Source of the DNA: Promethearchaeota archaeon
GTDB taxonomy: Archaea; Asgardarchaeota; Hermodarchaeia; Hermodarchaeales; Hermodarchaeaceae
Assembly (NCBI GenBank): GCA_048938385.1
Contig: JBHLMG010000013.1
Coordinates: 1-64,000 of the forward strand
Reading direction: 5' to 3'
DNA length: 64,000 bases
Both the position numbers and the translations under genes were made by a program. Below, piece by piece: positions 8,785-18,538 of the stretch. Below the pieces are notes generated by a model. It was not told the DNA's origin, did no database searches, and saw only the letters and a program-made list of their open reading frames with translations. How positions within the stretch are numbered: the first letter of the stretch is position 1; each line of letters begins with the position of its first letter.

Positions 8785-10359
8785 TCAGGTTTGGGTTCGG
8801 ATGTGTATGCTGTATTGGTTGAGTGGAGTTGCGGTGGCTTGGTTGTAGTCGAGGAGCAAAATCTCGGTTTCAGGGTAGAGTTCAGAACAATCGAGTCCAT
8901 GCAGGGCTTTCTGTTTGTCATCGATCAAGCGGTTGAAATCGAATTGTATCAGTTTCTTTGCGGCCTCATCACTATAGGGGACATCCCACGATTCCTGAGG
9001 GAGATTGTAGAGGATGGAGTCGAGGAGAGTTGTTTTTTCCAGGTTAGTCGTGAAGAAGCCGTCTTGGGATGATACCGGGATGGGGCGTCCCCATTCTTGG
9101 AGTTCATCGGCGAGTACCAACAAGAAGAGTAGAGGATAATCGTCGAAGGGGATTTCTTTCACATGTCTTGCATAATTATGCATGGCGATAGCCCGCGCGG
9201 CTTCAATGAGTGGGCGATCTTCAGGCTGTTCCTTTTCGACGCGTTCCGGTGAACCGATGGAATGGAGCAGTGTTAAACCTGCCACAACACCATGATCCAT
9301 TTTTGGTTTCTGCGGTTGATACAGGCGCTTGGTAGGATCTCCCGCTGGGTACACTGCAACTTTGGGGTGGGGATCAGTGGTTCCGAATCCGCTTTTTATT
9401 AACGCTTGCCAGTCCTTGGGCAGCCCTTTCAACAATATGGGTAGATACGCCTGATTTCCTAACGCGCTGCTTCCAATATGCAGTCGTAGTGGTGAGACCT
9501 CGATGCCCATATTCGGGTAGCATCGCAAGATCTCATTAACCAGTGACCAGTTCACGGATGTGGCTAATTTCTCGAGCGGAGTGCCTATGTCGTGAAGTAG
9601 CCCTGAAAACCACCATGCGGTTCTTGCCTCCGCCTTGGTAACACCGAGATGGTCTTGTATGAAGCTCTCGAGACCGCCTGAAGAACCTTCCCTGGTCAGT
9701 AGAAAGTCACCTAGAACGGCTACTCGTAACGAATGAGCGGTGTGGTCGCGGTAGAATTTTCGAACATTCATGTAATACATGAGGACTTCAAATTCGGGTA
9801 GCATTTTGATGAGGTAGAGAACGCTTTCATTGGTAATGCCTCGTTCTTTCGCAACGACATAGAGGGCGTTGGTTAACGATTTGAGATCTTGGCTGAAAAG
9901 GCGGGAGGCGATTCTTTGACCAACGGTTTCCTCGATATTTGCTAGTTTTGCATCGATTTGGGTCAGTCGCTCATCGAGTTTACGCGTTTTTCTTTGCAGT
10001 TTTGCTTCCGCAGCTGAAAGTGCCTTTTGGCGGGTTTCTGTTGCCTCGGTAAGGCTTTTGGTGAGGTCCTTATCCGCTTTTTTCAGGGATGCATCAATTT
10101 CGGCTTGAATCCGTTTGGAGAGGTCTTCGCTGAGAACGCTGGACACCTTTGATACTAATGGTCTAACAAAGTCTGGGACCCCCAGCTCTTTTAAACCGGC
10201 TTCCGAAGTGATTTTCGAGGCAAGGTCAAGTCCCTCTTTGACTTTAGAGGACAATTCCATTCCTCCAGTCAAAGAGGTAAGAAAATTAGAGAAACTCGCG
10301 CTGAACTTTCCTGCCCGTTCTAGTACCCATGAGTCATTGATGAGAAGCGGCTTCGACAT
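8785..10359 (-). CDS. HD-domain metal-dependent phosphohydrolase with N-terminal coiled coil
   Basis: YRDHTAHS, LLHDIG, DHG, AMHN and ADELQEW motifs. Confidence 0.8.
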   Translation of the reverse strand: MSKPLLINDSWVLERAGKFSASFSNFLTSLTGGMELSSKVKEGLDLASKITSEAGLKELGVPDFVRPLVSKVSSVLSEDLSKRIQAEIDASLKKADKDLTKSLTEATETRQKALSAAEAKLQRKTRKLDERLTQIDAKLANIEETVGQRIASRLFSQDLKSLTNALYVVAKERGITNESVLYLIKMLPEFEVLMYYMNVRKFYRDHTAHSLRVAVLGDFLLTREGSSGGLESFIQDHLGVTKAEARTAWWFSGLLHDIGTPLEKLATSVNWSLVNEILRCYPNMGIEVSPLRLHIGSSALGNQAYLPILLKGLPKDWQALIKSGFGTTDPHPKVAVYPAGDPTKRLYQPQKPKMDHGVVAGLTLLHSIGSPERVEKEQPEDRPLIEAARAIAMHNYARHVKEIPFDDYPLLFLLVLADELQEWGRPIPVSSQDGFFTTNLEKTTLLDSILYNLPQESWDVPYSDEAAKKLIQFDFNRLIDDKQKALHGLDCSELYPETEILLLDYNQATATPLNQYSIHIRTQT

Positions 10360-10514
10360 AAGCTGACACCAGGACCTTTTCGAATATTGGCTCTCAATCC
10401 TTCATTAACTCGCCGATTTTACAGAACCATTCGCCATCTTGGTGGAGTACTGGAGCTTAATTTCACTGTCGATTCTAATCGCAACAGATTTTTCCTTGAA
10501 AATAAGAGTTCATT

Positions 10515-11294
10515 ATGATGGAATCATATCCACGCATGGTAACACCATCCAGTGCACCCTATGATCCCCTTGAGCTTGCGGAAGCGACGAAGCAGATTGT
10601 GTGCCGAAGCGAAGGGTGTGCACGAAAATATACGGCTGTGTATGTAGCGGGGGTGTATGGTGGAATTGCCACGGCGTATGCGGTGGGGTGCCCGTTGCGG
10701 TGCATTTTCTGTTGGGTGGATGATTCTCGAGAGTATCCGGAGCGGCGCGGGCGGTTTTATGCGCCAGATGCCTTAGTGGACGCCCTGTGGGATGCGGGTC
10801 GGAAGAAGGGGATACGGAAGGCGCGGATTTCAGGAGCTGAACCGACGCTTTGCAAAAAGCATTTGTTGGCGGTACTCCCCCTTGTTGAGGAATCGCCGTT
10901 TGAGTCCTTCATGCTAGAAACGAATGGGATGCTCTTTGGTATGGATTCTGATTACACGCGACGGGTTGCTCAGTTTGAGAAGGTGCATGTACGCCTGAGC
11001 CTGAAGGCTGCGACACCAACAGGGTTTCAACAGCGGACTGGCGCGCGTGGTGAAGCTGTTGAGGTTCCCTTCCAGGCGATCCATCATCTCATAGAGGCTG
11101 AGGCGAGTTTTCATGTAGCAGCGATGACGGATCCACGGTTAATGCCACCAGCAGAGCGGGAAATCCTCATTACACGGCTATTAGAAATTGATGAGGCGTT
11201 GGTCAGAAATCTGGAAGAAGAACGCTGTGATCCCTATAAAGCCACGATCCGTCGACTCAACGCCGCTGGTATCAAGGCAGCTCGGTTCTTCTAA
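10515..11294 (+). CDS. Radical SAM protein
   Basis: CPLRCIFC (CX3CX2C), SGAEP, ETNG. Confidence 0.9.
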   Translation: MMESYPRMVTPSSAPYDPLELAEATKQIVCRSEGCARKYTAVYVAGVYGGIATAYAVGCPLRCIFCWVDDSREYPERRGRFYAPDALVDALWDAGRKKGIRKARISGAEPTLCKKHLLAVLPLVEESPFESFMLETNGMLFGMDSDYTRRVAQFEKVHVRLSLKAATPTGFQQRTGARGEAVEVPFQAIHHLIEAEASFHVAAMTDPRLMPPAEREILITRLLEIDEALVRNLEEERCDPYKATIRRLNAAGIKAARFF

Positions 11295-11434
11295 GGTCAG
11301 CCCAACATCTTAGTAATCGGGAAGCAGTCGTAGGGGGATTAGGTGTGTTGATTTACCGGATTAAACAGTAGAGGAGAAGGCATGAGAGTTCGCAGCTTTA
11401 GGGTTTTTATTGGATGGTTAGCTAGGGAGCAGGC

Positions 11435-11830
11435 ATGAGTTTTCTTCTTGACCCGTTTTTGCTCGTTGTGTGTGGGGCTCTCATCGTGTGGTTGCGTAAC
11501 CGCTTGTTGTATAGGGTGACGCGGCAGGCTACTAAGGTGCTTGGGGTTGTTACCGTTATCCTGTTTTGGGGAATAGCAGGATCTTTGTATCTGAACTTGG
11601 GTTGGTTTGATTGGATGTGGCTGTGGACAGGTCGAGCAGTTAGCGGGCGCGACTTCATGATTAACAGTGGACTGTTCCAGTTTGAGTATGTGAACACGGT
11701 GGGGGTGATTGATTCGATCGCTTTCATTTTATTCGCGTTCTATCCTCTCTGGTTGTATTGGGGAGTATTTCTTGGGTACTTGTTGTTTGGGCGTCATGAA
11801 AAACAAACAGGTCTAGTTGGGCTTCTGTAA
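11435..11830 (+). CDS. Small membrane protein
   Basis: 3 TM segments; 20 nt upstream of the SDR gene. Confidence 0.7.
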   Translation: MSFLLDPFLLVVCGALIVWLRNRLLYRVTRQATKVLGVVTVILFWGIAGSLYLNLGWFDWMWLWTGRAVSGRDFMINSGLFQFEYVNTVGVIDSIAFILFAFYPLWLYWGVFLGYLLFGRHEKQTGLVGLL

Positions 11831-11850
11831 ACGCGCTAGGAGTAGAGAGC

Positions 11851-12855
11851 ATGAAGAAACGAATGTGTTTGGTCACGGGGGCATGCGGGTTTGTGGGAAG
11901 TCATTTCCTTGATCACCTGCTCCAACACCCTGAGTACGAGGTTCGGGGAACGGATTTACCGGAGGCAGATCGGACCTTCTTGAATAGCAAAGCAGAATTT
12001 GTGCAAGGTGACCTTACCGTTCCAAGAACGCTTGGTCCCCTCGTCCAAGGAGTTGATGTGATTTTTCATGTGGCTTCGCTATTTCGCTATTCTGCTTCAA
12101 GCGAAGACCTGTCAGCAGTGAATGTTCAAGGTACCCAAAATCTGTGCCAAGCTGCTATGAACGCAGGGGTTTCGAAATTCGTCCTAATTAGCAGCGCAGG
12201 AGTGTATGGGATTCCCCATTCGCTCCCCGTTCGGGAAGAGGACGCGCCAACTCCTTCGAATCCCTATGAACAGTCGAAGCTAGAACAAGAGCAAGCCGCA
12301 ATTCAGGGATGTAAAGGTGCCAAAATGGGCCTAATCATACTTCGGCCTGCACCCATCTATGGTCCTCGAAACCGTTATGGGATCGGCACTATTCTGCGGA
12401 TGGTGGCGTTAGGACAACTCCCAATCATCTCTGAAAATATCAATACCTTGGTTCCCTTGGTTCATGTTGCCGATGTTGTCAGCGCTGCATTACATCTGGT
12501 AACGCTTCCAACGGCTATTGGTCAAATCTATAATGTGGTAGATGATTCCACCTATCGAAAATACGATCTCTTTTCACATGTTGCTCCATTATTAGATACA
12601 AAAATTCGTTATACGCGACTCCCTCTCCTACCCAAATGGCTTTTAAAAGCCGTTGCCTCGTGGTCGGAATGGAAGGCCCGCCACTTCACTCACAAAGAGC
12701 CTAAAATCGAACGCGCAACTATTGCGTTGATGTATCACCATTATTGGTTTAGTAACGCTAAACTCAAGGCTACTGGCTACACGCTCAGGTACCCAGACGC
12801 TCGCGTTGGTTTGAAAGATACGGTTGATTGGTATAAACGACATAATTGGTTCTGA
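11851..12855 (+). CDS. NAD-dependent epimerase/dehydratase (extended SDR, 3-beta-HSD-like)
   Basis: TGACGFVG, YEQSK, RPAPIYGP. Confidence 0.9.
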   Translation: MKKRMCLVTGACGFVGSHFLDHLLQHPEYEVRGTDLPEADRTFLNSKAEFVQGDLTVPRTLGPLVQGVDVIFHVASLFRYSASSEDLSAVNVQGTQNLCQAAMNAGVSKFVLISSAGVYGIPHSLPVREEDAPTPSNPYEQSKLEQEQAAIQGCKGAKMGLIILRPAPIYGPRNRYGIGTILRMVALGQLPIISENINTLVPLVHVADVVSAALHLVTLPTAIGQIYNVVDDSTYRKYDLFSHVAPLLDTKIRYTRLPLLPKWLLKAVASWSEWKARHFTHKEPKIERATIALMYHHYWFSNAKLKATGYTLRYPDARVGLKDTVDWYKRHNWF

Positions 12856-12977
12856 GCTTCCTAGTTTCTCCTCGCAAAAATTAACGATGGGCATCAGGCA
12901 AGGGTGGCAGTGTGCAAATTTAGGTTTCATCCGGTTTCCTTTTGCCCTTGATTTGTATTGATTTAGGTGTTCTACGC

Positions 12978-13763
12978 CTATTCATCGTTTTTCGATTTTG
13001 TAAAGAGAATGAGGCTATTGAAGGCAACAACTGTAATAGGGATGCCGATAATGAGGGCAAGGGCAACTAACTCAATGAATGTGGGTGTAGTAGTGGTGGT
13101 TGGAGTGGTGGGGGGCTCGCTGGGGGGTTCGATATCCACGGTATCGCTGACAACGACATTTTCCAGGGCGTGATGATCGTAGCATTCGAAGTAAAGGTAC
13201 TGTGAGGTGTCGAAGTTCGTATCTTGGGCTTGAAGCTGGAGGGTTTCATTGATGTAAACATGGATGTTGCCAGATGAATCTCGAGTGACATCCAGATGCC
13301 ACCATCCAGCAATGCCATTGGAGGGATGATAGGAGTCAAGGATGTAATCATACCCTTGCATCTCGGTGTCTCGGCACAGCTCGATGGCGTTAGAAATTAA
13401 TGTGAAATGCAGGTAGTAGCCATTATACGGATTATTGGCTCCTTCGGAGAACAGATCGTTAGTTATGAACCAGACATAGGGGCAAAGGTCGGCACCTGAG
13501 TGGTATACATCGAAATGCCAGGTTCCTTCGGCAACGATGCTTGAATGATAGGCATAGTTCCAACCACTAGAATCTCCGCGCAAGGTATTGTCCGCAGCTG
13601 AAAAAGCCCCATAGGCTATTGTCCATCCCGCAAAATTTCCGTCGTTGAAATCATCAGCCCACACCACAGCAGCAACACTGGGTGGGGCCCAGGAAGCAGA
13701 GCCACAGAGAAGCAATAATGTTCCCACGACAAATCCTAACCACAGAACTCTCCTGCCATCCAC
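12978..13763 (-). CDS. Membrane-anchored surface protein with a beta-sandwich (LamG/DUF1080-like) domain
   Basis: Signal peptide, WADDFNDGN start, Pro/Thr linker, C-terminal TM. Confidence 0.7.
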   Translation of the reverse strand: MDGRRVLWLGFVVGTLLLLCGSASWAPPSVAAVVWADDFNDGNFAGWTIAYGAFSAADNTLRGDSSGWNYAYHSSIVAEGTWHFDVYHSGADLCPYVWFITNDLFSEGANNPYNGYYLHFTLISNAIELCRDTEMQGYDYILDSYHPSNGIAGWWHLDVTRDSSGNIHVYINETLQLQAQDTNFDTSQYLYFECYDHHALENVVVSDTVDIEPPSEPPTTPTTTTTPTFIELVALALIIGIPITVVAFNSLILFTKSKNDE

Positions 13764-14039
13764 TTGAGACCCTCCAAATACTAGCCAATCAGGGATTTGT
13801 TTTAAAAGACTCCAATCTTTATCCTTTTTGGAATCGGAAAGGCGTGATCATTGAAGTGATCAGAAATATTGTGGTCCACAGGTTATGTGTGGTTCATGAA
13901 GGTAAAGGAGCGATTCGATGGAGCTTCAGGTAGGGTGTTAGCTGGATTGTCTTTGCCTTACTACTTTGATTCTCCTAAAGGTGGTTGATGAAATATAATT
14001 TAAGATTGTGCCTTCGAAAATTACTCACTGAGTACGGAG

Positions 14040-15491
14040 ATGCTGTATATGGATAAGGAAAAGGCTTGGAAGTGGATTATTCAGAATGAAAAGCGGTTCA
14101 TCGAAATCAGTGATAAAATTTGGGAATTGGCTGAACTAGGATTAGAAGAATTCAAATCCTCGGCGCTCTTAGCCGATGTTCTCGAAGAATACGGATTTGA
14201 TGTACAACGGGGCATCGCTGGAATGCCTACGGCGTTTCTCGCTACCTTTGGGGAGGGAACACCTGTTCTAGGGGTTATGGGTGAGTACGATGCTCTTCCA
14301 GGGTTATCCCAAGAAGCGGTGCCGTATAAGAAACCTCTCAAGGAGGGGGCTCCAGGGCATGGGTGTGGTCATAATATTCACGGGGTATCAGGAATGGCTG
14401 GAGTTCTTGCTGTGAAAGAGTGGATGAAACACACCAATACCAAGGGCACACTCAAGTTCTTCGGAGCGCCTGCGGAGGAAACTTACGATGCCAAGGTCTT
14501 CATTGTTCGGGAGGGGCATTTTGACGATGTACAAGCTGTGTTAAGCCACCATCCATACGAAATGAATGTGGGGAACCTTTACAGTACTTTGGCAATGAAC
14601 ATGGTGAAGTTCCATTTCTATGGCGTTGCATCTCACGCGGCTTATGCACCTGAACAGGGGCGCAGTGCCCTTGATGCCGTTGAGCTAATGAATGTCGCTG
14701 TAAACTTCATGCGAGAACACATCATCCCAGAAGCTCGGATTCACTATGTTGTGGAAGAAGGTGGTGAACAACCGAATGTGGTGCCCTCGTATGCCCGAAG
14801 TTGGTATTACATCCGAGCACCTGAACGTGACCAGGTCAACCATCTCAATGATTGGATTCTTAAAATCGCGGAGGGCGCTGACCTGATGGCTCGCACGACT
14901 CATGCCGTGGAATTCTTGACGGGCTGCCACAATATGATTCCCAATCAGGGCTTAAGCCTCTTAGTTGGAGAGAATATGCGCAAGATTGGTGCTCCCAAGT
15001 ATACCGCAAAGGAGCAGGCCTTCGCTAGGGAAATTTCGAAGACAATTACTAAGGAAGAGAAAATGAGTGCGTTACGCGTTACAAAACGGCCTGGTTGGCA
15101 AGACCTTATGGATGTTATTTTAGATCAATCGATCCCAGACGCTTGGGATGAAGGACATGTTTTAGCCGGGTCAACAGATGTTTCGGATGTAAGTTGGAAA
15201 ACTCCTACCTTAGAATTCACCACAGCTACCTGGGTATTGGGCACAGCACCCCATTCCTGGCAAGCTGTCGCTCAATGTGGCATGGGAATAGGTCATAAAT
15301 CGTTGATTTTTGCTGCACAGACCATCGCCGGCTGTCTTATCGATCTCTTCACGAAACCTGAACGCCTAAAGACGATCCAAGACGAGTTTCTCCAACGCAC
15401 CAAAGATCGTATCTACCAGTCTCCTATTCCTGAGGATGTCAAATCCCCCTTAGAAATCGTGGAAAAATCGCCCAGCTTTATTCGACGCTGA
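14040..15491 (+). CDS. M20 amidohydrolase, aminobenzoyl-glutamate utilization protein B-like
   Basis: EYDALPGL, GHGCGHN, PAEE, GSTD, HSWQ. Confidence 0.9.
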   Translation: MLYMDKEKAWKWIIQNEKRFIEISDKIWELAELGLEEFKSSALLADVLEEYGFDVQRGIAGMPTAFLATFGEGTPVLGVMGEYDALPGLSQEAVPYKKPLKEGAPGHGCGHNIHGVSGMAGVLAVKEWMKHTNTKGTLKFFGAPAEETYDAKVFIVREGHFDDVQAVLSHHPYEMNVGNLYSTLAMNMVKFHFYGVASHAAYAPEQGRSALDAVELMNVAVNFMREHIIPEARIHYVVEEGGEQPNVVPSYARSWYYIRAPERDQVNHLNDWILKIAEGADLMARTTHAVEFLTGCHNMIPNQGLSLLVGENMRKIGAPKYTAKEQAFAREISKTITKEEKMSALRVTKRPGWQDLMDVILDQSIPDAWDEGHVLAGSTDVSDVSWKTPTLEFTTATWVLGTAPHSWQAVAQCGMGIGHKSLIFAAQTIAGCLIDLFTKPERLKTIQDEFLQRTKDRIYQSPIPEDVKSPLEIVEKSPSFIRR

Positions 15492-15585
15492 TAAAAATTT
15501 GACAGTGTCTGCAAAATGTGGATGCAGGATATGCATAATTTTAAACGGACGGATTTAGTGTCGATTCATACAGGAGAATTCACCT

Positions 15586-16092
15586 ATGGCAAATGAAGGA
15601 ACTCCATCTACGCTTGTAATTGTCGCTGTAATTCTACAATTCATTCTTACCACACTCTTCGCCGCAGGAACGGCGTTTCTCTATTCGTTACTCCCCCTAA
15701 TTGGTATGATTCCACCAGCAGCTCTTCCACCTGGAATGAGCCTAGCAGATGTCACCCACCTCATGACTATCTTAACAATCGCCTTAGGGGTTGTAACGGT
15801 TCTTTCGTTAGTGTTTGCGATTATCTGGATATTTTGGCGTAAAGAACCGAGTAAGCACCGGGTTGCCCTGATTGTCACTGGAGTTGTGGCTGCTGCTCTC
15901 GCTGGATTTTTACCAGGACTATTTGCGATCATTGCTGGGGCAACTGCAGAAAAGAAACCTGAAGTTAGTCCAATTCCAACGGCTAAATCCCCAACGCCAA
16001 CAAAAGGCGTCTTGTACTGCTCATCCTGCGGAGCTGCGGTGTCAGATCCAAGTGCGCAATTCTGCGGAATCTGTGGAGCCAAAATTAATTAG
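15586..16092 (+). CDS. Membrane protein with C-terminal zinc ribbon
   Basis: 3 TM segments; CSSC...CGIC. Confidence 0.8.
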   Translation: MANEGTPSTLVIVAVILQFILTTLFAAGTAFLYSLLPLIGMIPPAALPPGMSLADVTHLMTILTIALGVVTVLSLVFAIIWIFWRKEPSKHRVALIVTGVVAAALAGFLPGLFAIIAGATAEKKPEVSPIPTAKSPTPTKGVLYCSSCGAAVSDPSAQFCGICGAKIN

Positions 16093-16374
16093 ATTTCGAT
16101 TTACGCTACGAAAGTGTGTATCGTTTTTCCTTTCCCCGGTCCTCATTCGCTAACGGAAAGGGGCAACCAAGTTGGCAAATCGCCTACGCGAAAAATTGAA
16201 TGAGGGCTTTACCTTTTCTTTCTAGTTATACCGCCCTACCATAACTACCGAATAAGATGTGAATTTGTTGTTCTGAGGAATACACTACAAAATAGGGTCG
16301 ATGTGAATATTCGAGGGGGAAGTTAAAAAAGACCCAATACCAATAGAAAAGGGGACTTAGGAGGTTAATAACAC

Positions 16375-16761
16375 ATGATTCAATCGGATGCAATTCGCCA
16401 GGCAATCCGAAATTCACTCACTCCTGGAACCGCGCTGAAGACATCAGGAGGCGCGGATTTCACTGTCGAAGCGATTTCACCTCACCGAATAGTGCTTCGT
16501 GTTGGAGAAAAACAAATTCGTGTCAGCATCAATCTGGACAGCGTTAACGCCCTCGTTAAAGAGTTTAGATTTCTTCCTCCCGGTCGGTGGATGCGTATTG
16601 GTGCAACAGCCGGTAATCCTAAACCTGGGACCCTAGCAGCAGTCGTTCACCCTCACACACAAGGTGGCAGTTCCGCCAGTCAATTTGCAGCAATCCTTCA
16701 GCACATCAAAGTGGCTGAGGTAGACCCGAAGCGCCCTGCAAAGCTCCGATTAACCGTCTAA
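16375..16761 (+). CDS. Hypothetical protein
   Basis: 128-aa ORF with an upstream GGAGG. Confidence 0.7.
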   Translation: MIQSDAIRQAIRNSLTPGTALKTSGGADFTVEAISPHRIVLRVGEKQIRVSINLDSVNALVKEFRFLPPGRWMRIGATAGNPKPGTLAAVVHPHTQGGSSASQFAAILQHIKVAEVDPKRPAKLRLTV

Positions 16762-16821
16762 CAGTTACCCTGATTTTACAGTTACCTGCTATAAGGAAAG
16801 GTTCTTATCTTTCCTTCCTGG

Positions 16822-17346
16822 ATGGAGCCTAACGACTGCCTGCTGGACTGGATTACATTGACGACAAAATGGAAGGACACCGTGTATGAGTGGCTCGCTG
16901 AAGAGGGGCTGTTTCGCAAAGAGGTTGATGATCCGAAAGCTGCCTATCATTTTGGAATAAACTATCCAATCAATTCACCCTACCATATCGAAATCGTCAA
17001 ACCTCGAGATATGAAGGACGGAATTCTCGTCGTCGCAGTCCTCCGCATTGCTCCTTCGCATCAAACGGCGCTCGCTAAATTAGAGAACGAAAAACGGAAC
17101 CCCCTCATCCATGATTTACGTCTTCGTCTCTTGGAACGGCGACCAGGCTTTTCTGTGAAAGAGGATGGGGGAGTATGGGAAGCTGTTCAATTCCAGGTTC
17201 GTCTGCTCTACGACAACCTCTCCAAAACCTCTCTTTTAGAAGCCATTGACGATGTTTTCCGGAGTATGCTCATCGTAATCTGGACTTTCGGTCATAATTT
17301 CGGAGCTCCCACCGATCAACAGCAGCAACCAGGCTTCTACACATAA
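16822..17346 (+). CDS. DUF2299-like archaeal protein
   Basis: WLAEEGLF start and overall pattern resemble DUF2299; real start may be a downstream TTG. Confidence 0.65.
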   Translation: MEPNDCLLDWITLTTKWKDTVYEWLAEEGLFRKEVDDPKAAYHFGINYPINSPYHIEIVKPRDMKDGILVVAVLRIAPSHQTALAKLENEKRNPLIHDLRLRLLERRPGFSVKEDGGVWEAVQFQVRLLYDNLSKTSLLEAIDDVFRSMLIVIWTFGHNFGAPTDQQQQPGFYT

Positions 17347-17402
17347 CCTCTAAATAACAGGCAATTTCGCTTAACCTGAAAAGTTTAAGAACTAAAACTC
17401 TG

Positions 17403-17747
17403 ATGGTAGAGCAAAGGTGGCATCTTATGGTAAAAACTTGCCAAGCATGTGATTATAAAAACGAAGACGATGCCGATTTTTGCGCTCGCTGCGGAGCTCA
17501 TCTCCAAGAAATAAAAACCAAACCTATTGGTGATAAAGACTGCTATGGTGACGAAGACCAGGAATGCTTTGGTCTACCCCATGGCGGAGCGATCTGTGGA
17601 ATAATAATCGGAACCATCATTATTGTGTGGGGTTTGAGTACCATTATGGGATGGGATATCTGGAGTTACTTCTGGCCACTAATCTTCATCCTTTTTGGAA
17701 TTCTGATAGTTGCTGGAGCAATTTATGCTGTAAGGCGCAGACCTTAG
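17403..17747 (+). CDS. Zinc-ribbon protein with 2 C-terminal TM helices
   Basis: CQAC..NEDDADFCARC; ECFG motif then 2 TM segments; paralogue of 20163..20636. Confidence 0.8.
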   Translation: MVEQRWHLMVKTCQACDYKNEDDADFCARCGAHLQEIKTKPIGDKDCYGDEDQECFGLPHGGAICGIIIGTIIIVWGLSTIMGWDIWSYFWPLIFILFGILIVAGAIYAVRRRP

Positions 17748-17755
17748 GGTGCAAT

Positions 17756-18538
17756 TTAGGCTTCTCTCAGAAGACAATCGGTGTTAGCACAGGATGCACA
17801 AATGATTGTGTGCGATCTTCGAGACATAACTATTCTAGTGAAAATCCAGTAGAGGGTAAGTAACAGTAGGTAGAGTGCCAGAACTAGGTTGTTTGTAATT
17901 TGAACCAGACTTGCTAATAGCATTAGGGGTCCAAGAACGAACAAGATATTCATGGCAAACCGAACGACACCATGGTTGACACCTAAGAATTGATAGAGCA
18001 TGTGTTGTAATAGCCCAAAGGCTACAAGTAAAAAACCAACCCAAAAAATCGGAATTGGGTCGAGAAACTGCCAACTGAAAAAGAAAAACAGGATGGTTCC
18101 AAAGAGAGCGATGAGTGCGCCGGTAACCAGCCCAGTACAACCTGCACAAAAGGTTCGAGAGCCCCAAACCATAATATGTCCTGAATAATGCTGGCAAGTT
18201 GGATGGTGTCCTCGTTTGTGAAGTTCAAGCTCTGCTTGAGCGTGCTGTTCTGAATCCGGTACTTTGGTCTTTTCTCTACGCGTTCGAAATGGACGAGAGC
18301 AATGCGTTGGCGACACACCTGCAATAATTCCAAGAACGCAAATGAGCCCAAAGCCTGCTCCAATGAGTTGTGTTTGCCAGGGGACTATGATTGTCGGTGG
18401 GGGATTGATGAGTAATAACGGGAGCAATGCGAGTCCTGCTATTGAGATGAACAACGATGGTACTGCCAAGTCTAACTTGCGGGTTCGTGGCGTCAAAATC
18501 GGAACAACCCCTTTACTAATCCCAAGAATCCTTTCCAC
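17756..18538 (-). CDS. Membrane protein with His/Cys motifs (DUF2085-like)
   Basis: HHPTC...H, FCAGCTG, terminal CASC...C; about 6 TM segments. Confidence 0.65.
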   Translation of the reverse strand: MERILGISKGVVPILTPRTRKLDLAVPSLFISIAGLALLPLLLINPPPTIIVPWQTQLIGAGFGLICVLGIIAGVSPTHCSRPFRTRREKTKVPDSEQHAQAELELHKRGHHPTCQHYSGHIMVWGSRTFCAGCTGLVTGALIALFGTILFFFFSWQFLDPIPIFWVGFLLVAFGLLQHMLYQFLGVNHGVVRFAMNILFVLGPLMLLASLVQITNNLVLALYLLLLTLYWIFTRIVMSRRSHTIICASCANTDCLLREA

